NCBI RefSeq assembly: GCF_030144855.1
Contig: NC_082714.1
Span: 35,836,001-35,900,000, forward strand
Reading direction: 5' to 3'
DNA length: 64,000 nt
Source: Hypanus sabinus
Lineage: Eukaryota
Position 1 is the first letter of the stretch. Every line of letters begins with the position of its first letter. The notes beneath the pieces are model-generated. The model saw only the letters and a program-made list of their open reading frames with translations, ran no database searches and was not told the origin of the DNA. The translations under genes and the position numbers were made by a program. Positions 13,697-27,000 of this stretch are shown piece by piece.

Positions 13697-14415
13697 TTCT
13701 TCTTCTTCTATCTTCTGGTCCTCTGGACAATTGCTGAGACAATCTGTAGCACTCTTAACATTTGCCGGAAAACAAGTCCGGTCAAGAATACCGTCTGCTT
13801 TGTCGGAGAGGGGGAAAGACCAACAGAACACCAGAAAGCAACCAGGTTGCTCTTCACTGCGCAGGACTGGAAGCTAAAAGCAGACCTGGGGAAAGAGCTG
13901 CAGTTTCCTCCCCACACTCACGGAGACTACATTGCGGCTGGACGTCGTGTTGTGGTCTGACTCATCGAAGCACGTTTTCATCCTTGAGCTCACCGGGCCG
14001 TAGGAAGAATACATGGAGGAGACCTATGAGAGGAAAAGAGCCAGGTATGAGGATCTGAAGAACAACTACCAAAGAAGAGGCTGGAGAGCAAAGTGTTGGC
14101 ACGTGGAGGTCGGGTGTCGTGGCTTTGCAGGCCGGTTGCTCTGCAAAGTATACACTGCACTTGGAATCACGGGAGATTGAAGAAGGAGAGCCATTTCTTC
14201 TACCACCACAGATGCAGCAGAGGAAGTGTCAAGATGGCTCTGGATAAAGAGGGCAGATCTGTGGGTTGCTGCTAGGGCACAGGCCAGGGTCTGATCAACC
14301 CTGGACGGGTTGCCTGGGCGAGGGTGTATGATGTTGAAAGACCCGAAACACCTGACAACCCCAGGTAACGTCACTGATGATGTGCCCTAGCTTAGCATCA
14401 TGCAAATGTTTCTGT
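13697..14415 (+). mobile_element. HERO-clade (R2-superfamily, restriction-like endonuclease) non-LTR retrotransposon, 3' fragment
   Basis: Reading across frameshifts: DWKLKADLGKELQFPPH..TLRLDVVLWSDSSKHVFILELT.P*EEYMEETYERKRARYEDL..GWRAKCWHVEVGCRGF..AEEVSRWLWIKR (PD-(D/E)xK-type RLE), followed by a structured 3' UTR. Confidence 0.85.
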
Positions 14416-14791
14416 AAGAAGAAATATGTGCTATTATTTAAAGTAAGTCCAGGAAATTTCAATTTGCATACAAATGTAATAAAACTAGCATTTCATTAAT
14501 GTCAGTGTAAAGAAGACTGAATTATAAAATGCAATTATAATAATTTGCAGTGGGGAATCCACACTTGTATTTATTATGTTAAAAGTTTTGTCTTTTCAGG
14601 TACGTATAGATTCATAGAGTTGTACAGCAAGGAAATAGGCCATTTGGCCCAACTAATCCATGCAAACCAAGATTCCCATCTGAGCTAGTTTAATTTGTCC
14701 AATATTCTTCCAAATATTTCCTATCCAAATACCTTTTTAACATTCATAATAATATAGTATATGGTACAACGGGGGTAAAACTGCGTGTGAA

Positions 14792-17700
14792 TGATTGAAA
14801 ACGTACAGGAGGCTTGACCCAAAAGCAATGCAATGGTAACAATTCGGCAGTAAATGATATTTTACTAATAAACCACAAACTAACGACCCACACGGGGCCA
14901 CAAAACAAGGTCCAGTAACTGAAGGCTGGAAACAGCTGGTTCAATGGGTGAACCAGGACTGTGGATCAGAGCTGGGTTTGAATGGGCTCCAGGTGATGAG
15001 TTGGAAATGAGTGGCAGGTGGTTCCTGTTAGCTGGGTGGAGAATGGGAGGCACCTGACTTTGCAGACTTGACGGGACACCCCCATGGCGGGCACCCAACA
15101 GCTTAGAGTGATCAGGATGAGTCTGGTGGAACTCCTCAATGAGCAATGGATCCAAGATGAAAATGGGCAGCACCCAAGATGTGACCGCACCTCCATGCTG
15201 TGCCCTTCCCAGTTAAGCAGACGCTGCACACCACATTCATCACAATGTGAATCGATCAACCAGTGAACCATGTACACTGGACCACCTTCCACCATGCTAG
15301 GGTCTGAAGGTGTACAATCAGGTGAATTGAGTGGCCCATGGGCAAGGGCCTTGAGACAGGACAAGTGGAAAGTAGGTGTGATCCTGAGAGTCTGTGACTG
15401 CTAGAGACAGTAAGTGACCGGATTGATGCGATGGATACCGATGAAATAGGATGAGAGCTTGTGGGAGTCGAAGCACAGGAGTCAGATCTCGAGTGGACAG
15501 CCAGACATGCCCCAGGCTGAAGAAGGCTGGCTGGGCACTGCCATTGGCCTGCTGGCAGAAGGCGCACAGCCCTCTTCCAAGCATGCCGGCAGTGGTGAAC
15601 CAGCTGGAACCCCCACCATTGGCTCCTCTGCAGGGAACAACGGGGGTTGGCAGCCATAAAGTACTTCAAAGGGTGACGTACCTGTGGCAGGGGAGATATG
15701 TAGATTGGTGGACAGCTCGGCCCTGAGCAGATACCTCCTCCTTGTGGGAGGGTTAGAAGTGGTGAAACATCACAGCAACTTTTCCACTTGCTGATTGGCT
15801 CTTTCTGGTTCTCCATCTATCTGCAGATGATAGCCAGAGTTCAGACTTACTGTGGTGCAGAGGGGGGAAACAGAGATCTATCCAGAAGTGGGAGAACTGT
15901 GGGCCCAGGTCCAACACAACATCCTGAGGGAACTAGGTCCGCCATCTCAGTGGCTGATGGAAGCTTGGGAGGGCAATGAAGAGGGCCACCTTGGAGAACC
16001 AGTCCTCCACTGTCATGATCACTGTGGCCCCATCTGAAGGTGGCAGACAATAATGAAATCTATGGTGATGTAGGAGATGGGTGGCAAGGGATTGGTAGGG
16101 ACCACAAGAGACCAGAGTGATACTGGTTGGAGGAAGTGGACTGGGCACGTTAGGGGAAGGCAGCAATAAACTGATATACATCTGTTATAATGATAGGCCA
16201 CCAGAACTGACATTGCAGAAAATGCAGACTCTGTCATGCACCTGGATGGTTGGAGACGGGTGAGAAGTGGGCCCAGTGGAGAGTCTCAGAGTGCGCAACC
16301 ACTGGCACATATACGCAATTGTCAAGGTTGTCATCCAGAGCAATCTTGGGCCACAGGGCCTGGTGGATCTAGTTCTTAAGCTCCCAGATGACTGGGGTGA
16401 AGATCTGGGAGGATTGAATGATGTGCTATGGGTCGATCTCCAATGCAACTGAGTTGAACTTGATGTTCTTGGAGAAGGTTATTAGGATATGGTGAAGTTG
16501 AACTAGTTGACAGACAGCCTGTCATGAGATGAGTTGGTGGTGGGTCTGATGTATGGATTTGAGAATTTGTTGGTTAGTCCAGATCAGGAAGGGATTGGTG
16601 TTTCCCATCAATCAGTATCTCCATTCCTCCAAGGCCCACTTAATGGTGAGTAGTTTCCTTTTTCCTACTCCATAATGGTGCTAGGTAGAGTTGAACCTGT
16701 GTTATAAGCAGGTACAAGTGTACTTCCCCCGTTGGGTCCTCACTGGGAGAGGATGACCCTGGCACCCTCGTTAGATGTGTCCACTTCTACCACTAAAGGC
16801 ACAGATTGGAATGGTGATAAATGAGAGCGGTGGTGAAACTCCTCGAAGATGAGGTCTGTGGTAGCAGACCAGGGTATCCATAAGGTAGGTGATTTGGTGA
16901 GGGAAGTGAGAGGAGTGGTAATTTGGCTGTAGTTCCTAACAAAATGATGGCAAAAGCAAGAGAAGCGCTGTAGATGCTTGAGGGAACACATTCACGGCCA
17001 TTCAATGGCATCACACTTTCTCTCGGTCAATGGTTAGACCTTGTGTTGAAGGGATGTAACCCAGGAAAGAAATGACTAGTGTGTAGAACTGAAATTTCTC
17101 TAACTTGTAGTGCAACTGATTTGATGTCCAAGACAAGGATGTCACAGAGGTGGATGAGCACAGCATTTTGGAGAACGTCAATGGTGAAGGCTTGGAAAAT
17201 GGCTGGACTATTTGTAAGTCCGATAGGCATCACCTAGAATTCATAGTGACCAGTGAGTATCATGAATACTGTCTTCCACTCATCTCCCTAGATCAGGTTG
17301 TACACACTCTGAAGATCTGATTTGGTTAAGATTTGGGCCCCGCAGAATGTTTCAAGTGCATTATCCATCAAGAGGAGAGGATAGCAATTCTTAATGAAGA
17401 CTTTGTTGAGTCCATGGTAGTCAATGCTGGAATGAAGATTCCAAATTTCTTTTTGACAAAGAAAAATCCTGCACTAGCTGGGGACTGAGATGGTTGAAGG
17501 AAGCCACACTGTAGCGCTTTGGCAATGAGGTCATTCATTGCTTGGGTCTCAGAAGGGGAGAGGGAGGACAGACAAACTCAGGCTTCCCTTTTACTGAAGG
17601 TGCCTTGAACTTACAAGATGAAGTCAGCGGAAGTTGCAGGCAGGTGGCAGTGAACTAGGCAAATAGGGGGTCATGAGTGGAGAGTCAGGGGTGAGCCAGG

Positions 17701-19064
17701 ATGAGAGGAAGGTGGGATGGGTCAATCCAGAGGAATTGGATGGTCTCACGGTACTCCCAAATGCTCAGGTGCACCCACCCCGGACCCCAAGGGTCGTCCA
17801 GCAATGGCCATGATGCAGAAGAGGTGGGAGGTAGGCCCAGTAGGGAGTCCAAGATGCACATGCAGAATCCGGTCCAGAAATAGAGCCATTGGAGTGTGGA
17901 GGAGGACAGAGAGAGTGAGTCGGAAATGCTGCTGGAACGAGAGGCCAGTTGGAAGATCCCTCATCTCTATCTGGTGCTGCCTTTTTCCAGGATGCATGGA
18001 TGATCGGCAGCTCCACAGTAAGCACACAAGGTGTTTCTGCGCCAGTGCTCATGCTCTTGGTGGGGATGGGAGGGTGTTAAGGGAACTCTATGTACCCGCA
18101 TGGGTTGCAGAGGTGTTGGTGAGGAGGGTCCTGCAACCTGAAATAATTCTGGGAACAGAACTGGAGATCTGGCTGGTGGTCTGGTGGGTCATTCCTTAAA
18201 ACGCCTAAAAATTTGGAGTGCTTTTGAGGTCAATGAGCATTTCACGGGTAGACAGCATGTCTTTCCAGAACTCCATCCAGCACTGAGCACGAGCCTTGAC
18301 ACAGGCCAAGCATCCAATCTGTTATCACCCTGCTACTTCCCAGATAGTTCCTTAACAGTCAATTCCTCATATGTGTTACAGATGGTGGCTTTATTGTCCC
18401 ATTAGCAGCAGGTGGGTCAGAGCTTGCCCAATCAGCAAAGAGATTATGAAGGCAATTTAGGCTCAGTCCATTTAATAGAATACAGAGATGGCTGGAGCTC
18501 AAAGTGTTCGAAGCACTGGGACAGTAAGTTTTGGCATTGGGTTGGGGACTGGAATCCAGGGCTCTGAGGGAAATGGTTGACTGGCACAGATTTGCTGTAT
18601 CAAGACAGAGAGTCGGTTGAGAGTGTCGAGCAGGTGACCAATAGTTTCCTGCTGGTTCAGGATCATGTGTTCCTGTCAGTGGACGACTTCCTTTAAATGA
18701 GCCTACTCTGCGGGGTCAATCACTTGCTCACCCATCCTGTCAGGAAACGTGCAGGAGACTTGACCCTAAAGCAGAGCAATAGAGACGATTCAGCATTAAG
18801 TGATATTTTACTAATAAAGGGCAAAGTAAGAAGCCACGAAAGGCCAGAAAACAAGAGAGAACAGATAGTTAACACAACAATGCATAAAGGTAACTGAAGG
18901 CTCTGAGCAACTGGTTGAGGCTGCCTGGTTTGATGAGTGAACAAGGCCTGTGGATGAGAACTGGGTCTAAGCAGTCTGTAGGTGGTGTTTTGGAAATAAG
19001 TTGCGGGAGATTCCTGTTAGCTGGGTGGATGGAGACTGGGAGATGCCTGTGTGACCAGACTCCA
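14792..19064 (-). mobile_element. Old, decayed Ty3/Gypsy chromovirus (sushi-like) provirus with two diverged LTRs
   Basis: Similar LTRs at about 14792-15072 and 18738-19064 (shared caggag.cttgaccc.aaagca..tgatattttactaataaa). Minus-strand remnants in order: gag (DPAE-like start near 18720), RT (MPIGLTNSPAIFQAF), RNase H (VVEVDTSNEGARVILSQ), integrase, chromodomain (YMVHWLIDS..LLNWEGH), then a G-rich PPT next to the 3' LTR. Confidence 0.85.
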
Positions 19065-21059
19065 TAAGTACAAGAGAATTGCTGATAATTCCTTTGGGGA
19101 GATAAGAAGGCATTTCTTTGGTTGTGACAGCACAGGAGATCATTCAGCCCTTCAGTTCTTTGCTAGCTTGCTACAAGAACATTGCTGCTGATCCCACTCT
19201 GCCAGGCAGCATTTTAAGTACCAGCCATGACAGTGGACTTGAAATTATATCTTTGAATTCTTAATCCATATTTTTGGATAACTTGTGTAGTTCCTTAGCC
19301 ACCGCCCCAGCACTCTCACCATTGAAATGAAATTAAGTGAATGTTATGAAAGAAAAAAAGAACAGAAAATATGTTAAAAGCCCAAATTGAGGAAAGCGCT
19401 ACAGGAACAGACTCAGCTGCAGAATATAAACCACTTTTGATGAGTTGGGCCACAAGGGTGTTTCTGTGGTGCAGGATACATATAGGTGATTAGATCATCG
19501 TTCTTGTGAAAATGTTTTTTTTTAATTTGCAATACCTGGAAAATGGAAGAGACTAGTGTGCAGTTAAGTCAATAAGAAACTCCTGATGGACCTGAACAAA
19601 ACAGAACAAGAATACAAATACAAATACATGGAATGTTTTCAATATGTGAAGAACAAACAATTAAATGCTTGGTAATCAATTACTCTGTGCAACCAAAAAT
19701 TATGTGGCACTCTTCTTGGAAATGCTAAATGTTTTCTGAGGCAAAGTTACTAATTGCTTTCTGTGCAAGGCAGACATTTTCCAATAAAATCTTGTGAAAA
19801 CATTTCATTGATTGTTATGTGTCCATTCACAGATCTTCAGTCATATTCGGACCTGTCCCAATGAGATGAACAAACCTGAGCATATCGTATATAAGCATAT
19901 AAGCATATAGTATCTATCCATATACAATTCATGGAGTGTAAAATCCAGCTCCTTAAGTCCTTCCATTTGTACACTATGGATGTACAGATTTGCTATTCTT
20001 GTGCACAGTTCATAACATCTGTTGTGTTGGGAAGGGCATTAGAGTATGAAACATTCCCGCTTATTAGAAGTTTTGCAGAGTCAGTCAATTTTGACCTCAC
20101 TGAGCACACAAAACTAGTTCAATATCAGTACTGCTAAATAGGACCTCTCAATTGATGCTATGTGTCCAGCCCATGGAGAGAATCAGAGTTTTGCCGCAAG
20201 TAAGCGTATGGGATGCTGGCTGCATGATTCAAATTATCACCAATTAATTGCAGATTTGACAATTGGAGAATGGTTTCACTCTCATGAAAGGAAATTTGCA
20301 CAGGCTAATTTTTGCAGAAGGTTGTGACGTGAACTTCAGATTTTGACATAACACTGTTAATCCCGTGGAGGAGTGCACTGACCACAGTTCCGGTGTAATG
20401 GGAAGCATGGCCAAAGCGAGAGGGGAAGTGGGAAGAGGTTCCATCCTGAAAGGACACTGAGGAACACTCCTACACTGGTAAAGCACAATGTTTCCTGAAA
20501 TACTGCTTCTCCAAGAAAAAGCAGAAGTGGACATGCTGCATGTGACAACTTCAACTGGAAGCACAATGAAGAGCAGAGACTTTGTGTTAAAGTCCAGGTG
20601 AGTGTCAAGTTTTTATGCTTCTGGATCAATTTAGACTGGTTTAGGGGGCTTTGGGGTTCTAATTTTTTTTTTACTGCACTCATTCTTTGGAGTGTTTCTG
20701 TTTTTGTGGATGTCTGTGAAGAACAAGAATCTCTGCTTGTATACTGTATACATATATTGTATTCTGATATTAAATGCAATTATTGAACTATCTGTTACAT
20801 GTCACACGGAGCTCACAGACAGTCTCTAATACAGGAGAGGGAATTCATCTTCTTCACTCTTGTCAGAAAGCAACAGCTAGCTACAGTGGGGACTCTCCAA
20901 TATTGCAACGTGGCTCTGACTCAACTGTTATAAGCTGAGGGGCTGTGTTCCAATGATGTGATCATCCAAAAGCACAGCCTCACTCCCTGAATGTGCAGCT
21001 CATCCACAACTTACCAGGGCAGATGTTGGCCCTATCTGCTATTAAGGTAACGTTTCTAC

Positions 21060-21400
21060 TTTCCAAAGTTCAATGTTACAAAATAAATTTGTTATCAAAG
21101 TACATATATGTCACCTCGAGATTTATTTTCTAGCAGGCATTTATGGTAGAATAAAGAAATACAATCATATCAATGAAAAGCTACGCATAAAGACTGCCCC
21201 ACAGTGGGCTGTATCCACTGCTTTTTGTCAGCTTTTCCTTTCTTGGACGTTGAAGTTTCCATACCAGGCTGTGATGCAACAAGTTAGGATACACTCCACT
21301 GAGCATCTATAGAAGTATGTCAAGGCTTTAGATGACATGCCAAATCTGCACAAACTTTTAAGTAGAGGCACTGACATACCTTCTTTGTAAAGGCACTTAA
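21060..21400 (-). mobile_element. Rex1-type LINE fragment
   Basis: FGMSSKALTYFYRCSVECILTCCITAWYGN. Confidence 0.75.
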
Positions 21401-21740
21401 GTGCAACTCCCAGGACACATCCAAACATGTTATGGGGCAACCAAAAATGCTGCTGGTTCATCATTCCAACAGTTTGGGTTCATACTCTCAATTTGACCAT
21501 GTGGGCTTTCCCAGACTACTCCAGTTCTCATCCACATACCTAAAGTTAGTTGGCTACTGAATAAAAGTCAATGTAGGTAAGTGGCAAGTGAATCAAGAGT
21601 AGATGATAATCTATAGGAAAATAAGATGGCAATGGGAACATTCAAGATTCTCTGCTAAGAGCTTTTACCTCCTCTCCTTCCTGCAGCAGCTGAAATGATC
21701 TGATTAACCTTCGGAGGTGATCTCAGATACAAAGATAAAT

Positions 21741-24250
21741 ATAGAACATAGAACATAGAATAATACAGCACATTACAGGCCTTTCAGCCCACAATGTTGT
21801 GCCGACCCTCAAATCCTGCCTCCCATATAACCCCCCACCTTAAATTCCCCCATATACCTGTCTAGTAGTCTCTTAAACTTCACTAGTGTATCTGCCTCCA
21901 CCACTGACTCAGGCAGTCCATTACAAGCATCAACCACTCTCTGAGTGAAAAGCCTTCCTCTAATATCCCCCTTGAAATTCCCTCCCCTTACCTTAAAGCC
22001 ATGTCCTCTTGTACTGAGCAGTGGTGCCCTGGGGAAGAGGCGCTGGCTGTCCACTCTGTCTATTCCTCTTAATATCTTGTACACCTCTATCATGTCTCCT
22101 CTCATCCTCCTTCTCTCCAAAGAGTAAAGCCCTAGCTCCCTTAATCTCTGATCATAATCCATACTCTCTAAAACAGGCAGCATCCTGGTAAATCTCCTCT
22201 GTACCCTTTCCAATGCTTCCACATCCTTCCTATAGTGAGGCGACCAGAACTGGACACAGTACTCCAAGTGTGGCCTAACTAGAGTTTTATACAGCTGCAT
22301 CATTACATCGCGACTCTTAAACTCTATCCCTCAACTTATCAAAGCTAACACCCCATAAGCTTTCTTAACTATCTTATCTACCTATGAGGCAACTTTCAGG
22401 GATCTGTGGACATGTACCCCCAGATCCCTCTGCTCCTCCACACTACCAAGTATCCTGCCATTTACTTTGTACTCTGCTTTGGAGTTTGTCCTTCCAAAAT
22501 GCACCACCTCACACTTCTATGGGTTGAACTCCATCTGCCACTTCTCAGCCCACTTTTGCATCCTATCAATGTCTCTCTGCAATCTTCGACAATCCTCTAC
22601 ACTATCTACAACACCACCAACCTTTGTGTCATCTGCAAACTTGCCAACCCACCCTTCTACCCCCACATCCAGGTTGTTAATAAAAATCACAAAAAGTAGA
22701 GGTCCCAGAACAGATCCTTGTGGGACACCACAGTCACAACCCTCCAATCTGAATGTACTCCCTCCACCACGACCCTCTGCCTTCTGCAGGCAAGCCAATT
22801 CTGAATCCACCCGGCCAAACTTCCCTGGATCCTATGCCTTCCGACTTTCTGAATAAGCCTACCATGTGGAACCTTGTCAAATGCCTCACTAAAATCCATG
22901 TAGATCACATCCACTGCAATACCCTCATCTATATGCCTGGTCACCTCCTCAAAGAACTCTATCGGGCTTGTTAGGCATGATCTGCCCTTCAGAAAGCCAT
23001 GCTGACTGTCCCTGATCAGACCATGATTCTCTAAATGCCCATAGATCCTATCTCTAAGAAACTTTTCCAACAGTTTTCCCATCACAGACGTAAGGCTCAC
23101 TGGTCTATAATTACCTGGACTATCCCTACTACCTTTTTTGAACAAGGGGACAACATTCGCCTCCCTCCAATCCTCCGGTACCACTCCCGTGGACAACGAG
23201 GACATAAAGATCCTAGCCAGAGGTTCAGCAATTTCTTCCCTTGCCTCGTGGAGCAGCCTGAGGAATATTCCGTCAGGCCCCGGGGACTGATCCATCCTAA
23301 TGTATTTTAACAACTCCAAAACCTCCTCTCCCTTAATATCAACATGTTCCAGAACATCAACCTCACTCATATTGTCCTCACCGTCATCAAGTTCCCTCTC
23401 AGTGGTGAATACCGAAGAGAAGTATTCATTGAGGACCTCGCTCACTTCCACAGCCTCCAGGCACATCTTCCCACTTTTATCTCTAATCGGTCCTACCTTC
23501 ACTCCTATCATCCTTTTGTTCTTCACATAATTGAAGAATGCTTTGGGGTTTTCCTTTACCCTACTCGCCAAGGCCTTCTCATGCTCCCTTCTTGCTCTTC
23601 TCAGCCCCTTCTTAAGCTCCTTTCTTGCTACCCTATATTCCTCAATAGACCCATCTGACCCTTGCTTCCTAAACCTCGTGTATGCTGTCTTCTTCCACCT
23701 AACTAGATTTTCCACTTCACTTGTCACCCATAGTTCCTTCACCCTACCATTCTTTATCTTCCTCACTGGGACAAATTTATCCCTAACGTCCTGCAAGATA
23801 TTCCTAAACATTGACCACATGTCCATAGTACATTTCCCTGGAAAAACATCATCCCAATTCACACCCGCAAGTTCTAGCCTTATAGCCTCATAATTTGCCC
23901 TTCCCCAATTAAAAATTTTCCTGTCCTCTCTGGTTCTATCCTTTTCCATGATAACGCTAAAGGTCAGGGAGCGGTGATCACTGTCCCCCAGATGCTCACC
24001 CACTGACAGATCTGTGACCTGACCCGGTTCATTACCTAATACTAGATCTAGTATGGCATTCCCCTAGTTGGCCTGTCAACATACTGTGACAGGAATCCAT
24101 CCTGGACACACTTAACAAACACTGCTCCATCTAAACCCTTGGAACTAATCAAGTGACAATCAATATTAGGGAAGTTAAAGTCACCCATGATAACAACCTT
24201 GTTATTTTTGCACCTTTCCAAAATCTGCCTCGCAATCTGCTCCTCGGAGC
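21741..24250 (-). mobile_element. Young 5'-truncated CR1 LINE with near-intact ORF2 (end of endonuclease, RT, C-terminus)
   Basis: 438-aa ORF 22687-24003 (LGDSDH, PGNYRPVSLTSV, QHGFLKGRSC, YMDFSEAFDKVPH), continuing through frameshifts into GVPQGSVLGP/KFADDTK and ORF 21809-22303. Tail (atagaac)n. Confidence 0.95.
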
Positions 24251-25039
24251 AGATATGGTACTTTGGAACTGAAATCTCACCTCCTAACCTTCCTCCACTG
24301 GTTTCTTGTTTTAAATAGTATCACCAATTTCTGAATGTCCTCCAGCTACAGACCCACATTCGTCATTGTCATCTCCTTCATGAAAAAGCATCACTCTTAA
24401 AATCAGTCGCAGTGATTTCATAAAGTTTTTTGAAAAGGCTATAAACAGGCTCATCTTAAACCCCATCAAAGGCTATTAATAGCATTTTCTAATGTGACAG
24501 TCGTACTGGTAATGCCTGAGTATTCGTTTGCTGTTCAACTCCAGCATAATGTGTAATCCTCCTTTGCAACATCAGCAAAACAGAACTGCTGATGAATAAC
24601 CTTTAAGGTTATTATACTTCATTCTGTCCTCTTTGTTATGCTTAAAAATAAGAAGTAAATTCTTCAGATGATTAAGAGTGAAAACATTAAAACTCTCAGT
24701 AATTATGATGCTAGACCTTGGTGTCTGATGGCATTTTCAGTCAATGCTCTCATCCATCTTTGCAAAGTGTAGTCAGGAATTGTGGAGTGAAGAGGTTCTC
24801 CACTGCCATCTTGCTGTGACACAGGTTGAAAACGCTTTAATTATAAAGTATCTTCTTTACATTTATGGTAAAAATAGCTGTTGCATTTTCTATATATATA
24901 AAACATTGCAAAACTAAGGTAAATCTGAAAAGCACAGAGCATCAAAACATGATAATGAACCAATACCAGGGCAGGGCAGATGACTCTAATGTGCATCATA
25001 AAGGAGAAGAGCTGTGGAGAGGCATAGTACATTAACACA

Positions 25040-25715
25040 GAATATCACAGCACAGTACAGGCCCTTTGGCCCAACATGTGGTGCCTACTCCAAGATCATG
25101 CTTCCCTCCCGCATAGCTCTTCGTTTATCTTTCATCCATATGCCTATCTGAGAGAATCTTACCAAATGTCACTAATGAATCTGTTTCTACCAGCACGCCT
25201 GGCAGCACATTCCATGCACCCACCACTCATTGTAAAAAGCTTACCTCTGGCATTCCCTCCCCCTATACTTCCTCCAATCATCTTAAAATTATGCGCCCCA
25301 CTATTGGTCATTTCCACCCTGGAAAAAAGGTGCTACCTCTCCATTCTATCAATGTCTCCTATCATCTTATACACTTCTATCATCTTATACACCTCTCATC
25401 CTCTTGCACTGGGAAAAGAAAAGTCCAATCTCGCTTAACCTTTCCTCATTAGACACGCTCAGTAATCCAGGAAGCATCCTGATAAATCTCCTCTGCACCT
25501 TCTCTAAAGCTTCTACGTCCTTCCTCTGAAGAGGCAACCAGAAATGAACAAAATACTCCAAGTGTGGTCTAACCAGAGTTTCATAAAGCTGCGATATTAC
25601 CTCACGGTTCTTGAACTCAATACCCTAACTAAAGAAGGCCTTCCTAATCACCCTCTCAACTTGTGTGGCAACTTTGAAGAATGTATGGATGTGGGCCCCA
25701 AGATCCCTTAGCATC
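25040..25715 (-). mobile_element. Decayed CR1 3' fragment
   Basis: cacagtacaggccctttggccca terminus; KVATQVERVIRKA. Confidence 0.8.
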
Positions 25716-26169
25716 TTTACCAGAAAAGCTGCAACAGTTGAAGAAGGTACCTCCAGCTTTTCAAGGGCAATTGGTATTGATCTGTAATGGCAGCCTTGAC
25801 AGAAACACCTAGATGAATGAGCTAAAGACTTGGTTGATTTATGTGATGAAATACATTCAATAAGACACAGTAGTTTTAATGTCCTATATCCCCTCTGTAA
25901 CATTCTATCATCTTATAGTATACTTAAGCTTAAATGCAACCGAAAATCCAGACAAAAGTAACTGAAAACATTGTGAAAGGTATGAGATGCACCAGAGAGG
26001 AAAATAGGTAAGTACAAAATAGCAAAAAAAAATACAACTGGCTATTTATTTTCAAAAGCTTTGCCAAAAACTGACTAAATACTAACAGATTGTCTAATTC
26101 CATATGAAGCATTTACTAAGAGTTGTGCTACGGATAATTACATGTCCTTGGATAGAAACTTATCACAAC

Positions 26170-27000
26170 TGTTATGCCTGTGCCCCAACTCTGAGGGGCC
26201 GAAGGGTACAACGTAGCCCCCTCCTTTTTGAGAATCACAAGATCGCTATTAATTCAGGTCTGGGACCCAGGAAATGAGAGAGAGTCACACAGATTCCTCA
26301 AGGTTTGGAATGTGTCCTGGGCCTCCGAGAGACAAAGCCACGGATAACGGCCATTATCTCTTGGAGACGGAATCGTGTATTGAGTACTGTACTATTCCTC
26401 GAAGCCCGCAGGCAATGAACAGAGGGGGTTGGTGGAGGGATTGCATCATCCCAACCTGATTGACATCTGAGACCCTGTGAGTCAGGATAAAAGAGGGTCT
26501 GGGGAACAACCCCCTCAGACGCACCAGAAGAAACGCTAGAAATCCCGTAATAGCGACAGCCGGTGGAAAGCCCACGTGCGTCCTTTTCCATTTGCCTCGG
26601 AATTGGTGGGCCTTACTACGGAAGAACAGCTTTAGCTAAAACAAAGGAGAAATCAGCCCCAATGACTCTCGAAGGATTGACATCATAAAAGGAATGGGCA
26701 AGTTTAAAACTCTCTCTCTTGACTCCAACCAAAGGCTGCAGCCTGCATGAACTTGAGTGACTTTTATATTTCCATCGGACAATACATTCTCCCCTAGACA
26801 ACAATAGAGCTATTTCTTACTGATTATTATTATACCCGCGCTTTTACATTTAGTATTGATGACGTATATTATCTGTATGTTTGCATTGATATTATTTTTG
26901 GGTATTTTTATCAATAAATGCTGTTAAAAATAGTACCATCAGACTTCAACGGACCTCTCTGTCTTTGCTGGTAAGTGACCTAGTTACAGGGTACGTAACA
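26170..27000 (+). mobile_element. Solo LTR (831 bp) with 4-bp target site duplication CAAC
   Basis: TGTTA...TAACA termini; CAAC at 26166-26169 and 27001-27004; TATA-like ggataaaaga near 26486; AATAAA near 26913. Confidence 0.85.

Noticed and set aside
22687-24003. 438-aa RT ORF as a domesticated gene or retron/DGR-type system
   Set aside because: Ordinary CR1 ORF2 with frameshifts, 5' truncation and a near-identical sibling copy.
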